Translations under genes and position numbers: made by a program | Assembly: GCA_038064915.1 (NCBI GenBank) | Contig: JBBTSB010000004.1 | Location: 24,874-88,873 of the forward strand | From: Patescibacteria group bacterium | GTDB taxonomy: Bacteria; Patescibacteriota; Minisyncoccia; 2-02-FULL-40-12; IGHO2-01-FULL-4-A | Length of the DNA stretch: 64,000 nt | Direction of reading: 5' to 3' | Shown here: positions 8,179 through 17,485 of the stretch, piece after piece | Numbering within the stretch: the stretch's first letter is position 1 | Layout: every line of letters begins with the position of its first letter | Notes under the pieces: model-generated | What the model saw: only the letters and a program-made list of their open reading frames with translations | What the model was told of the DNA's origin: nothing | Database searches by the model: none

Positions 8179-10506
8179 ATGGATATTCCAAAAGAACTAC
8201 CATTAATTCCTCTCAAGAATGTTGTTTTATTTCCCCATGTGGCTATACCACTGTTGGTTCAGCGTCCAAAGTCAATGGGAAGTCTCGCCGAAGCGGTTGG
8301 AAAAGAACAACTTGCTGTTTTTGTTGCACAGAAAAATATCTACGACGACGTAGAACCAAAAGATCTTTTTACCGTGGGAACAGTGGGAAAAATCTTTGAA
8401 GTCCACCGTTTGCCGGACGGTTCTTCAAAGATCGATGTCGAAGGAATTGCGCGAGTACAGATCAAGAATTTTTCGCAGTTCGAACCATTTTTTACTGTTG
8501 AAGTTGAGGCCTTGCCGCAGACGATTCGCCACGATGTAGAAACCGAGGCCCTCATGCGTGCCACGGTAGAACAATTCAAGCAGCTTATTGAGGTTCGCAA
8601 TATGCCGGCCATCTTGCCGGATCTTATGAACATTTTGAATCAGATCAAAGATCCCTACCAAATAGTCTATCTCATTACGATTAATTTAAATCTCGATTTA
8701 AAAGAGCAACAGGAAGTTCTTGAAATCGGCGATGCAGCCGAAGCTTTAAAAAAAATGAATTTCTATATTACCCGTGAATTGGAAATCATTGAAGCAGAAA
8801 AACGGGTAGTCAAAGAAACTCGGAAATCGCTTGGCAAAATGCAAAAAGAGGTTTTCTTACGCGAGCAGATGCGCAGTATCGAAAAAGAGTTGGGCATGGA
8901 TAGTGAAAAAAGCGATATTGATACTATTCGAACGAAAATCAAAGAGGCACAGATGCCCAAGGACGTTGAGACCAAAGCGCTCAAGGAACTTGCTCGATTT
9001 GAAAAAATGCCGCCTTTCAGCCCGGAGATTTCCTATTTACGGACGTACTTAGATTGGCTCGTAGATCTGCCGTGGTCCAAGAAGAGTGGCGGAGAGATTG
9101 AACTTGCTGAAGCTGAAAAAATTCTCAATGAGGACCACTACGGTTTGAAAAAAGCGAAGGAACGTATAATCGAATATCTTGCTGTGCAGAAACAGGTGGG
9201 CAAAATCAAAGGTCCGATCTTGTGTCTTTTTGGTCCTCCCGGTGTAGGAAAGACCTCTATAGGAAAATCAATCGCTCGGGCACTGGGGAGAAAATTTGTC
9301 CGTATTTCCCTCGGCGGTCTTCGCGATGAAGCGGAAATTCGTGGACATCGTCGTACGTACGTGGGAGCGTTGCCGGGGCGCATCATACAGGGCATCAATA
9401 CTGCCGGTACTTCAAACCCCGTCTTTATGCTCGACGAGATAGACAAGGTTGGTGTTGATTTTCGTGGCGATCCCTCGGCCGCTCTTTTGGAGGCACTGGA
9501 TCCCGAGCAAAACTTTGCCTTTTCCGATCACTACCTTGAAGTTCCCTACGACCTGTCGGATGTATTTTTTATCGCAACGGCAAACCAACTCGATACCATC
9601 CCACCTGCACTCCGCGATCGCATGGAAATCATAGAATTTCCCGGCTACACCGAGCATGAAAAGCTCAACATTGCCAAAAACTACCTCATGCCAAAACAAC
9701 TCAAGGAAAACGGACTCAATGCACCGGCGGTTTCCATTGCTGATGCGGCGATTGCTGACGTGATTCGCAAGCATACGCGTGAGGCTGGCGTGCGCGACCT
9801 TGAACGTCAAATCGCAACGATCTTGCGTAAAGTCACTCGGCAAACCGTCGAAAAGAAGATTAAAGGTAAGCTTGCTGTCACGCAAAAAATGCTTCATGGC
9901 TATCTTGGACCCGAAAAATATACCCATCAGATGGCGGAGACAAAAGATGAAGTGGGCGTAGCGACCGGTCTTGCATGGACGCCCGTAGGCGGTGAGGTAC
10001 TTTCCATTGAGGCTTCGAAAATGCCCGGCAAAGGACGTCTTATTCTCACGGGTCATCTCGGGGACGTAATGAAGGAATCCGTAGAAGCTGCGCTCTCGTA
10101 CGCGCGCAGCAAGGCGGCGAGTCTGGGCATCAAGCAGGATTTTTACAAAGAAGATATCCACATCCACGTGCCGTCAGGGGCGATCCGAAAAGACGGCCCA
10201 TCTGCTGGTGTGGCCATGGCAAGCGCTATCATTTCCCTCATGACCAACCGCCCACTACGTAAAGATGTGGCGATGACCGGAGAGATCACTCTTCGTGGAA
10301 AAGTACTTGAAATCGGCGGCGTCAAAGAAAAAGTGCTCGCGGCACATCGTGCCGGTGTGAAGATTGTTATTTTGCCACAGGAGAACAAAAAAGATGTCGA
10401 AGAAGATATTCCGAGAGAAATCCGTCGCGATCTCAAATTTAAATTTGTCAAAACCATCGACAACGTCCTCTCGATCGCGATCAAGAACCATCTCTTTAAA
10501 GCGTAG
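8179..10506 (+). CDS. lon: ATP-dependent protease La
   Basis: 775 aa; N-terminal LON domain, AAA+ GPPGVGKTS, C-terminal protease domain with DGPSAG Ser. Confidence 0.95.
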   Translation: MDIPKELPLIPLKNVVLFPHVAIPLLVQRPKSMGSLAEAVGKEQLAVFVAQKNIYDDVEPKDLFTVGTVGKIFEVHRLPDGSSKIDVEGIARVQIKNFSQFEPFFTVEVEALPQTIRHDVETEALMRATVEQFKQLIEVRNMPAILPDLMNILNQIKDPYQIVYLITINLNLDLKEQQEVLEIGDAAEALKKMNFYITRELEIIEAEKRVVKETRKSLGKMQKEVFLREQMRSIEKELGMDSEKSDIDTIRTKIKEAQMPKDVETKALKELARFEKMPPFSPEISYLRTYLDWLVDLPWSKKSGGEIELAEAEKILNEDHYGLKKAKERIIEYLAVQKQVGKIKGPILCLFGPPGVGKTSIGKSIARALGRKFVRISLGGLRDEAEIRGHRRTYVGALPGRIIQGINTAGTSNPVFMLDEIDKVGVDFRGDPSAALLEALDPEQNFAFSDHYLEVPYDLSDVFFIATANQLDTIPPALRDRMEIIEFPGYTEHEKLNIAKNYLMPKQLKENGLNAPAVSIADAAIADVIRKHTREAGVRDLERQIATILRKVTRQTVEKKIKGKLAVTQKMLHGYLGPEKYTHQMAETKDEVGVATGLAWTPVGGEVLSIEASKMPGKGRLILTGHLGDVMKESVEAALSYARSKAASLGIKQDFYKEDIHIHVPSGAIRKDGPSAGVAMASAIISLMTNRPLRKDVAMTGEITLRGKVLEIGGVKEKVLAAHRAGVKIVILPQENKKDVEEDIPREIRRDLKFKFVKTIDNVLSIAIKNHLFKA

Positions 10507-10670
10507 TTGCTTTATCCATATTTCTCAAAAAGATTCATTGCCGATTCTTTCTCATGTCAGCTGGGCAAAGGAACTCACCGAGCCCTCAATAGATTCAGGT
10601 TGGGTACACTTTACAGATCATCGGGTGTTGAGGACAGCAACAAAACGTAGAGTATTCAAGCAAAATCAAT

Positions 10671-10699
10671 TTGACGCTCTTTGGGGACGGAGCTACAAT
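10671..10699 (+). promoter_or_regulatory. promoter upstream of the mgtC leader ORF
   Basis: TTGACG, 17 nt, TACAAT; the ATG of the 33-codon ORF lies 7 nt after the -10 (leaderless). Confidence 0.45.
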
Positions 10700-10705
10700 A
10701 GAGAC

Positions 10706-10807
10706 ATGAAGAAAAAAATGACCATCGAGGATTTAGCACGAATGCATGTTTTGGCAAAAAAAGTTGATAGAAGAGAAATCTTAGAACTAAAACATAAAAT
10801 TGCATGA
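10706..10807 (+). CDS. 33-codon upstream ORF translationally coupled (ATGA) to mgtC; possible leader peptide
   Basis: MKKKMTIEDLARMHVLAKKVDRREILELKHKIA; its stop overlaps the mgtC start. Confidence 0.3.
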   Translation: MKKKMTIEDLARMHVLAKKVDRREILELKHKIA

Positions 10808-11247
10808 TTGAACTCATCGTTCTCAAGCGGCTACTGATGGCGCTTCTCCTCGGGGCGATTATTGGGTATGAACGACAGCGTGCGCATAAAGCGGCCGGGT
10901 TGCGGACGCATATGCTCGTGTGTGTTTCCACAGCGCTCGTTACCATAGTTGCGATGTATGCGTTCGAAGAAATGGGCGGTGCTAATCCAGAATCGAGCGC
11001 GCGTATAATTTCGGGCATTTTGACCGGAATCGGATTTATTGGTGGAGGCGCAATTCTGCGGAATGAGTCGCGAGTTTCCGGCTTGACCACGGCGGCCAGT
11101 CTTCTAACCGTCGCAACGATCGGTATCGCGGTCGGTGTCGGGTTTACCTATGCAGCGATTGCGGTGACGCTTGTGAGCTATATCATCTTGACGTTGTTTT
11201 GGCGTATTGAGTCGAAGATTGAAGGCTATGAATCTCGGGATGAATAA
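10804..11247 (+). CDS. mgtC: MgtC/SapB family membrane protein
   Basis: 147 aa; GAIIGYERQRAHKAAGLRTHMLV signature of the MgtC family. Confidence 0.8.
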   Translation: MIELIVLKRLLMALLLGAIIGYERQRAHKAAGLRTHMLVCVSTALVTIVAMYAFEEMGGANPESSARIISGILTGIGFIGGGAILRNESRVSGLTTAASLLTVATIGIAVGVGFTYAAIAVTLVSYIILTLFWRIESKIEGYESRDE

Positions 11248-12367
11248 TTTTTGGTACGCAGTTGCCCTGCTCGTTGCTTCTATCATTGGCATAGGTTTTT
11301 TTGGCATACCGTACACCTTTGCGCAGACGGGATTTGGCATCAGCTTGATTATTTTTGTTGTGTTGACTGGTCTTGTTTTGCTTACGAGTCTGTTGTACGG
11401 AGAGGTCATCTTGCGGACACATAGCCGGCATCAATTTGTCGGTTTTGTACACGCCTATCTTGGGCCTTGGGCTCGCCGCATCAACCTCTTTACGTTTTGG
11501 GTTTCCGTTTATGGAGCTATTATCGGTATTTTGATTATTAACGGGCAGTTTTTGAGCACCATCATCGGCTCATTTGGTTTTCACATGAGTCCGGTTGCAC
11601 TCAGCATGGTGTTCTTGATACTTGCCACCATACTTGTATATGCGGGATTAAAAACTGTTTCTCATGTTGATTTTTTTGTGATGGTGGCCGCCATTGCGAT
11701 CATCCTGCTTCTGGTCATTGTGGGTATGCCGGAAATCAAGGCCGATCATTTTACGTTCGCCACCGGACTTCCTTGGTTTTTACCCTTTGGCGTGATTCTT
11801 TTTTCTCTCAATGGAACTCAGGGAATTCCTCTGGTTCGTGAAGCTCTCATTGGTAGAGAGCATTTATTTCGGCGGGCGCTTATGTATGGAACGCTTATTC
11901 CCGCTGGTGCTTACTTGATGTTCACGATTGCTGTTTTGGGTATCTCCGGTCCGGGAACCGTTCCCGAAGGAATTCCCGGTCTTGTCGGACATCTCGGGTC
12001 ATGGGTTGTTGTCATAGGGTCGCTTTTTGGCTTTCTGACATCATCAACTATTTTTCTGAGCATTGTCACTGCATTTCGTACCTCGCTTCGAGAAGATCTT
12101 CATTTGCGACGGCGGGGAGATTTTTTACTACCGCTTCTTCCGCCGGTGATTTTGTTTTTGCTTGGTGTGCAAAACTTTATTGAAATCATTGGTCTCGTTG
12201 GAGGAGTGGCAGTGAGCATTGATATGATCTTGCTCCTGTTCGTATACGCAAAAGCAAAAGATCATGGCACGCGCATTCCCGAATATTCCATGAATATCCC
12301 AAATTCTGTGCTCTATGGTATGATGCTCTTGTTCGCATGTGGCGCACTCTACACACTTATTGCTTGA
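11228..12367 (+). CDS. amino acid permease-like polytopic membrane transporter
   Basis: about 11 TM segments; resembles the aromatic/neutral amino acid transporter family; start uncertain (11207, 11228 or 11243). Confidence 0.5.
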   Translation: MNLGMNNFWYAVALLVASIIGIGFFGIPYTFAQTGFGISLIIFVVLTGLVLLTSLLYGEVILRTHSRHQFVGFVHAYLGPWARRINLFTFWVSVYGAIIGILIINGQFLSTIIGSFGFHMSPVALSMVFLILATILVYAGLKTVSHVDFFVMVAAIAIILLLVIVGMPEIKADHFTFATGLPWFLPFGVILFSLNGTQGIPLVREALIGREHLFRRALMYGTLIPAGAYLMFTIAVLGISGPGTVPEGIPGLVGHLGSWVVVIGSLFGFLTSSTIFLSIVTAFRTSLREDLHLRRRGDFLLPLLPPVILFLLGVQNFIEIIGLVGGVAVSIDMILLLFVYAKAKDHGTRIPEYSMNIPNSVLYGMMLLFACGALYTLIA

Positions 12368-13530
12368 GGTGGTTATTTCCGGTATTCGTTTTTTCCGTGC
12401 CTTTTCAGGCGCGTTTTGTTCTTGGATCGTGGACGCAACCCTTCAATGAATGGACGAGCGCGTTTTTGTGGGGAACGGATATTTTATTTGTTCTTCTCAT
12501 AATTTTCAATTTCCAATTTTCAATTTCCAAAAAAGACTTGTTGCTGTTTGCCTTTTTGGCAATCGCGGCGATTTCTATTTCCCAGGCTCTCATTCCCGCT
12601 GTTTCATGGTATCGGTTTGCGAAATTGCTTGAATACATACTTCTTTTTTTCTTCGTGCGGCAGCAAAAGCTTTCTCCACTCGTATACAAGGCCGTTGTGG
12701 CTTCAGCTCTATTGCAATCGCTGATCGCCATCGTCCAATATGTCGTTCAACATGATCTTGGCTTGCGCCTCCTTGGCGAGAGTGTACTTGATCCCCATGG
12801 TCAAGGCGTTGCGGTGGTCGCTGCAAATTCTCAGACGTACCTTCGCGCCTATGGCACGACGCCACATCCCAATATTCTTGCAACATGGCTCATGCTGGGA
12901 ATTTGGGCTCTGTGGGCATGGAGGCCAAAATGGCACCTATTCGTACTTCCTGTTTTGCTTGTTTCACTATTTCTGACTTTTTCCCGCACTGCCATCGCCG
13001 TGTGGGTCTTGTGTTCGATGATTATGTGGTTCTTTCACCGTCGAGACCCTCTCAAGATCATTGCGGTCACCGCTGTAGTTGGTTTTCTTTTCGCAATCAG
13101 TTTTTGGCCTCAAGTGTATTCTCGTTTACATATTTCTTCTAGCGATGAAGCTGTTTCGCAAAGAGTATTTTACAATGATATAGCCGGAAAAAATATACTA
13201 ACCGTTGGCAACGGCATTGGCCAGTTTGTTCCAAATCTTATGCAGAAGCTTCCTCTCTATCCTGATTTTATCTACCAGCCTGCGCACAATATGTTCTTGC
13301 TCATGATGAACGAAATAGGAATTTTGGGATTGGCAACTTTTTTACTATGGCTTTTTGTTGCTGTTCGGAAGTCTCACGTCTTGTTGGCAATTATCTTGTT
13401 GGCGGTATTTGATCACTATTTTTGGACACTTCAGCAAGGGGGATTAATCATGTGGGGATTGTTGGGATTTTTTGTTCGTGATAGAATACAAGAGCCAACT
13501 TATGAGCAAGAAAATCCTTCTATTTCCTAG
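12337..13530 (+). CDS. O-antigen ligase (Wzy_C/WaaL-like) family membrane protein
   Basis: polytopic protein with TFSRTA motif in a periplasmic loop; start uncertain; carries a tandem AATTTTCAATTTCC repeat in frame. Confidence 0.55.
   Translation: MWRTLHTYCLRWLFPVFVFSVPFQARFVLGSWTQPFNEWTSAFLWGTDILFVLLIIFNFQFSISKKDLLLFAFLAIAAISISQALIPAVSWYRFAKLLEYILLFFFVRQQKLSPLVYKAVVASALLQSLIAIVQYVVQHDLGLRLLGESVLDPHGQGVAVVAANSQTYLRAYGTTPHPNILATWLMLGIWALWAWRPKWHLFVLPVLLVSLFLTFSRTAIAVWVLCSMIMWFFHRRDPLKIIAVTAVVGFLFAISFWPQVYSRLHISSSDEAVSQRVFYNDIAGKNILTVGNGIGQFVPNLMQKLPLYPDFIYQPAHNMFLLMMNEIGILGLATFLLWLFVAVRKSHVLLAIILLAVFDHYFWTLQQGGLIMWGLLGFFVRDRIQEPTYEQENPSIS
12495..12522. repeat. tandem 2 x AATTTTCAATTTCC inside the waaL-like CDS
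   Basis: aattttcaatttcc aattttcaatttcc encodes IIFNFQFSIS; same 14-mer family as the groES-groEL spacer inverted repeat. Confidence 0.5.
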
Positions 13531-14278
13531 TGTTTTCTTCTTTTTTGTGGTTTCCGTTTCTTCCGCGCAAGCAGCATCGGACTCCAACCGGTATCTCATC
13601 CACTCTTCAAGTAGTTTTTCTCGAAAAGCTTTGGGAACCGTTCGCCATGATTTTGGCGATAGCTTTAGCGTCGAACTCAACGGTTTTCAGTTTCGCATGG
13701 CCAAAATGCTCAAGCTAGATATTGAAAAAGTTCCGGCTCTGTATATTTCGGCTCACGGTAATGGCCAAGCAACGACTGCAATCGTTGCATCTGATACTAT
13801 AGTAGACGTTGCCGTGCTTGACACGGCGACTTCCCACGGCATTTCTGTCATGGATATCATCGGTGAACGCTCCCGTTTGTATGAAGTGTGCAATAGTCGT
13901 GGTGTTTGTTTTGCCGATGATGTTGCGGTCGCAATCAGAAATGCTGTTCATGATGGAGCAGACGTTATCAATATGAGTTTTGGGGCGGAAGACGCAAACG
14001 ATCTTATGGATGCCGCTATTAATGCTGCTGCACGCGAAGGAGTATTGCTTGTTGCAGCCGCAGGAAATAATGGACCATTTCTCGACACAGTAGAGTATCC
14101 CGCAAGCCACCCCTCGGTCGTTTCCGTGGGAGCGCTTACCCGTGAAGGTGATGTGGCAGAATGGAGTTCTCGAGGGGATGTGGACGTTTGGGAAATAGGT
14201 GAATATGAAAATGTTGCCGGAACTTCAATTGCTTCAGCATACTTCACCGCGCGCCAAGTTCATCTTTTGGAACAATGA
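13502..14278 (+). CDS. secreted subtilisin-like serine peptidase (S8)
   Basis: signal peptide MSKKILLFPSVFFFFVVSVSSAQA; Asp (AVLDTA), His (SHGISV) and Ser (GTSIAS) boxes. Confidence 0.7.
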   Translation: MSKKILLFPSVFFFFVVSVSSAQAASDSNRYLIHSSSSFSRKALGTVRHDFGDSFSVELNGFQFRMAKMLKLDIEKVPALYISAHGNGQATTAIVASDTIVDVAVLDTATSHGISVMDIIGERSRLYEVCNSRGVCFADDVAVAIRNAVHDGADVINMSFGAEDANDLMDAAINAAAREGVLLVAAAGNNGPFLDTVEYPASHPSVVSVGALTREGDVAEWSSRGDVDVWEIGEYENVAGTSIASAYFTARQVHLLEQ

Positions 14279-14931
14279 TAAATCGAGTCATACGATACCT
14301 TATCGCTTATGACTTTGTGCTCAACTTTGCGTTTGGGCTTTTGTCGCCGATTTTTGCTATTTTTGTATTGCAAAGAATCGCAGGTGATAATATTCGTGTT
14401 GTCGGCACGGCCATAAGTATTTACTGGCTTGCTCGTATTCTTTCCACGACACCACTTTCTCGTTTTATGGATAAAACCGACGGGGAACGCGACGAGTTTT
14501 ACTTTACGATCATTGGTACAATCATCACCTCCACGGTACCGATTCTCCTCATTTTTGCCGATGTACCCTGGCATCTGTATCTCATCCAATTCATCCATGG
14601 ACTTTCAAACTCCATGGCGGTGCCGGGATGGCGGATTTTGTTTACTGATCATATTGATAAAGACAAAGTCGGTTACGAGTGGTCGGTTGAAGATATTGCC
14701 ATTGGTATTGCAGTGGGTTCGAGTGGTTACCTTGGCGCATTGCTGGCCGACAAATTTGGATTTGAGACGGTACTCATATTGCTAGCAGGCCTTGGCTACA
14801 TGGCGGCAATCTTGCTGGTTCCGCTGTCGCCGGAATTTAAGCGTCTCAAGGAACTCCGCCGCGAACATCGCATGGCCGATATCCGTCACCGCAGGGAGCA
14901 TGCTGTACATCCATCGCATCACGTGAAATAA
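14275..14931 (+). CDS. MFS-like membrane protein (half-size, 6 TM)
   Basis: six hydrophobic segments; weak similarity to the C-terminal half of MFS transporters. Confidence 0.4.
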   Translation: MINRVIRYLIAYDFVLNFAFGLLSPIFAIFVLQRIAGDNIRVVGTAISIYWLARILSTTPLSRFMDKTDGERDEFYFTIIGTIITSTVPILLIFADVPWHLYLIQFIHGLSNSMAVPGWRILFTDHIDKDKVGYEWSVEDIAIGIAVGSSGYLGALLADKFGFETVLILLAGLGYMAAILLVPLSPEFKRLKELRREHRMADIRHRREHAVHPSHHVK

Positions 14932-14939
14932 TTTATATT

Positions 14940-15944
14940 ATGGCTTTTCGGATTATGCTTGCTGGCGGGGGGAGTGGGGGACATGTATATCCTCTTGTTG
15001 CCATTGCTGAAGAAATCAAACGTCTTGCGCCGGAGTACCACAAGCATGTTCGCATGCGGTTTATTGGCGACGGCGTTCTCTTGGCGCAGGAGGCGAAAAA
15101 AACTGGTGTTTCATGTTGTTTGATCCTTGCACCGAAATGGCGACGCTACAAAAGTGGTAAAAATTTTTTGGATATTCTCAAAGTCCCTGTCGCACTTCTT
15201 CAATCTCTTTTTTATGTTTGGACCTACATGCCCGATGTCATGCTCGTAAAGGGCGGTTATGCGGCATTTTTTCCGGCACTTGCGGCTCGGCTCATGTTTA
15301 TCCCTCTGGTGGTGCATGAGTCGGACTCTGTCCCCGGCAAAACAAACGCCTACTGGGGGCGACATGCGCGGCGCGTATTTGTCTCATTTGAGCATGCGGC
15401 GCAATTTTTTTCCTCCGGACAGGCGGAACTCGTCGGGCAACCAATTCGTCACGAATTTCGTGCTCTTCCTGCAATAAAGCCCCATGACAAGCCCATTGTC
15501 TTTGTTACGGGAGGGAGTCAAGGCGCGCAGGCCATCAACGAAATTGTTGACCTAGCTATGGCGGAACTTTCCAAGTCTTTCCATGTCATTCATCAGCGTG
15601 ATGGATCCTGGGATGCAGAGCAAATGGCCCAGGCTTATGCGGATGCGGATGTCATCGTATCGCGCGCAGGATCGGCAATATTTGAAATCGCAGCCGTTGG
15701 AAAACCCGCCGTTCTGATTCCCCTCGATGGCTCCGCACAACAACACCAGCTTTTCAATGCGGAGGAATTTTCCGGGCATGGTGCGATTGTGGTTCCGCAA
15801 GCCAACCTTCAACCCCACATCCTCATCCATGAGATCCAGCGGGCTTATGATGAGAGGGAAAAGCGAAGCCTCGCGATAAGAGCTTTTGCAAAGCCCGACG
15901 CCGCAATGATCATAGCAAAAGAACTTCTTACCGCACGACGATGA
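14940..15944 (+). CDS. murG: undecaprenyldiphospho-muramoylpentapeptide beta-N-acetylglucosaminyltransferase
   Basis: 334 aa; GGGSGGHVYPLVAIAEE N-terminal motif and GT28 C-terminal domain. Confidence 0.9.
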   Translation: MAFRIMLAGGGSGGHVYPLVAIAEEIKRLAPEYHKHVRMRFIGDGVLLAQEAKKTGVSCCLILAPKWRRYKSGKNFLDILKVPVALLQSLFYVWTYMPDVMLVKGGYAAFFPALAARLMFIPLVVHESDSVPGKTNAYWGRHARRVFVSFEHAAQFFSSGQAELVGQPIRHEFRALPAIKPHDKPIVFVTGGSQGAQAINEIVDLAMAELSKSFHVIHQRDGSWDAEQMAQAYADADVIVSRAGSAIFEIAAVGKPAVLIPLDGSAQQHQLFNAEEFSGHGAIVVPQANLQPHILIHEIQRAYDEREKRSLAIRAFAKPDAAMIIAKELLTARR

Positions 15945-16681
15945 CTATCCTAGGATTCAATACCATTGCCCTTTCGCCTGGATCCTATCTTTTTCATGGA
16001 CAGGAAATGATTGGGAAAAAGTCGTTCTCGCTGCAGCTTGCACGTGATCTTGCTGATTCTGCCGACATCATCATGGTGCAATCTGATATTGATTCTGTGA
16101 GGGAGATGAAGCGTTTTCTATCATTGAGCCCTCTCAATGGCGATTACAAAATCGCGATTGTTGACAATGCGCATAACATGCAAGAAGAAGCGCAAAACGC
16201 GCTGCTCAAAATTCTCGAAGAACCAACCGCGAGCTCTATTCTCATTCTTATTTCTTCACAACCCGAATCTTTACTCCAAACAATTACATCTCGTTGCCGA
16301 CAGATATTTTTTCCTCCCCACAAACCGGAAACAGTACGTGCGTTTTTGAAAGAAAGGTCATTCACCAAAGAACAGGAAGATTTTTTGGTGCAGTTTTGTA
16401 ACGGAAGTATCGGCCTTTTGGCGAATCAGGAAAATATCAAGGAATTCATTCAGGAATATAGTGTCCTTGCAAAAGCTACGCTTGATCAAAAGTTTACGCT
16501 TGCCAAAAAACTCGCGGACGACGAGAAGCTTCAGCAAAAAATTCTCTATTGGATGCTCTACTTGCGATCAAAAAACATCTACAAGCCGTTACAAGGACTT
16601 CTCGCGCTTCACAAGACTATCTCGCAACCACAATTCAATAAGCAATTGGCTTTAGAAAATTTTATGCTACAGTTATTATGA
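15941..16681 (+). CDS. holB: DNA polymerase III delta-prime subunit
   Basis: AHNMQEEAQNALLKILEEP and SRCRQIFF motifs of the clamp-loader delta prime subunit. Confidence 0.8.
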   Translation: MTILGFNTIALSPGSYLFHGQEMIGKKSFSLQLARDLADSADIIMVQSDIDSVREMKRFLSLSPLNGDYKIAIVDNAHNMQEEAQNALLKILEEPTASSILILISSQPESLLQTITSRCRQIFFPPHKPETVRAFLKERSFTKEQEDFLVQFCNGSIGLLANQENIKEFIQEYSVLAKATLDQKFTLAKKLADDEKLQQKILYWMLYLRSKNIYKPLQGLLALHKTISQPQFNKQLALENFMLQLL

Positions 16682-17196
16682 TGGACAAAACCAAATTTGA
16701 TCATATAGTAGATTTTTATAAATCGGACATCTCTTCGGTTCGTACGGGCCGTGCGACGCCGGCGCTCGTCGAGGATGTCGCAGTAGATGCGTACGGACAA
16801 AAAATGACCATCAAAGAGCTAGCTTCAATCAGTACGCCGGAGCCGCGCACGGTGGTAATTCAACCGTGGGACAAGGGCGTCCTGGAGAATATTGTTTCCG
16901 GCATTCAGAAGAGTAGTGTTGGGCTTGCCCCGATCGTGGACGGCGACCTCATCCGACTCTCCGTTCCTGCGCTTACCGAGGAGCGGCGAAAAGAGTTTAT
17001 CAAGATCGTCAAGCAGAAAACAGAAGAAGCGAAAATCAAAATCCGCCGTGTTCGCGAGGAACTACACAAGTCATTTGATGACATGAGCAAGGATGAAGCG
17101 TTCCGCGCAAAAGAAGATCTCCAAAAAATCGTGGACGAATACAATCACAAACTCGAAGAACTCGAAAAGAAAAAAGAATGGGAGTTGATGCAATGA
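16678..17196 (+). CDS. frr: ribosome recycling factor
   Basis: 172 aa; full-length match to the RRF fold sequence pattern. Confidence 0.95.
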   Translation: MMDKTKFDHIVDFYKSDISSVRTGRATPALVEDVAVDAYGQKMTIKELASISTPEPRTVVIQPWDKGVLENIVSGIQKSSVGLAPIVDGDLIRLSVPALTEERRKEFIKIVKQKTEEAKIKIRRVREELHKSFDDMSKDEAFRAKEDLQKIVDEYNHKLEELEKKKEWELMQ

Positions 17197-17204
17197 CATC
17201 GAGT

Positions 17205-17234
17205 TTGACTCGGTGTTTTTGTTTGGCGTATAAT
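17205..17234 (+). promoter_or_regulatory. promoter positioned for a leaderless mRNA
   Basis: TTGACT, 18 nt, TATAAT; the ATG at 17240 is about 6 nt after the -10. Confidence 0.5.
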
Positions 17235-17239
17235 GCATC

Positions 17240-17485
17240 ATGCACAAGATTAATAGGAAAACGAGGGTAGAAGTGTTGCTAGAGCAAAATAATAGCGATA
17301 TCAAAGCTGTTCTTGAATATGTAAGCATACTTCCTGGAATGAAAAAGACTTTGGATCAACACACTAAACAGCTCGAGAAAATTACTGATGACGTAGAGGC
17401 AATTAAGGTGGGTCAGAAAGGGTTTGAAGAGCGATTGACGAAGGTTGAAACAAAACTCGAACGCCGTTTGCTGAAAACGGCATGA
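17240..17485 (+). CDS. small coiled-coil protein, paralog family member 1
   Basis: 81 aa; LDQHTKQLEKI...GFEERLTKVETKLERRL shared with the ORFs at 36423 and 36695. Confidence 0.5.
   Translation: MHKINRKTRVEVLLEQNNSDIKAVLEYVSILPGMKKTLDQHTKQLEKITDDVEAIKVGQKGFEERLTKVETKLERRLLKTA

Noticed and set aside
8680-8720. Possible TTTAAAC repeat copy in lon (TTAATTTAAATCTCGATTTAAAAG, peptide LNLDLKEQQ) and at the lon C-terminus (AAATTTAAATTTG, LKFKFV)
   Set aside because: Alignment with E. coli Lon from memory (LKLADKQSVLE versus LNLDLKEQQEVLE) shows equal length and conserved residues. This is native sequence, not an element copy.
9412-10484. Antisense and overlapping ORFs within lon, and ORF 10364-10807 overlapping the lon 3' end
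   Set aside because: They lie fully inside a confidently assigned gene. Only the last 33 codons of 10364-10807, downstream of a promoter, are retained as a possible leader ORF.
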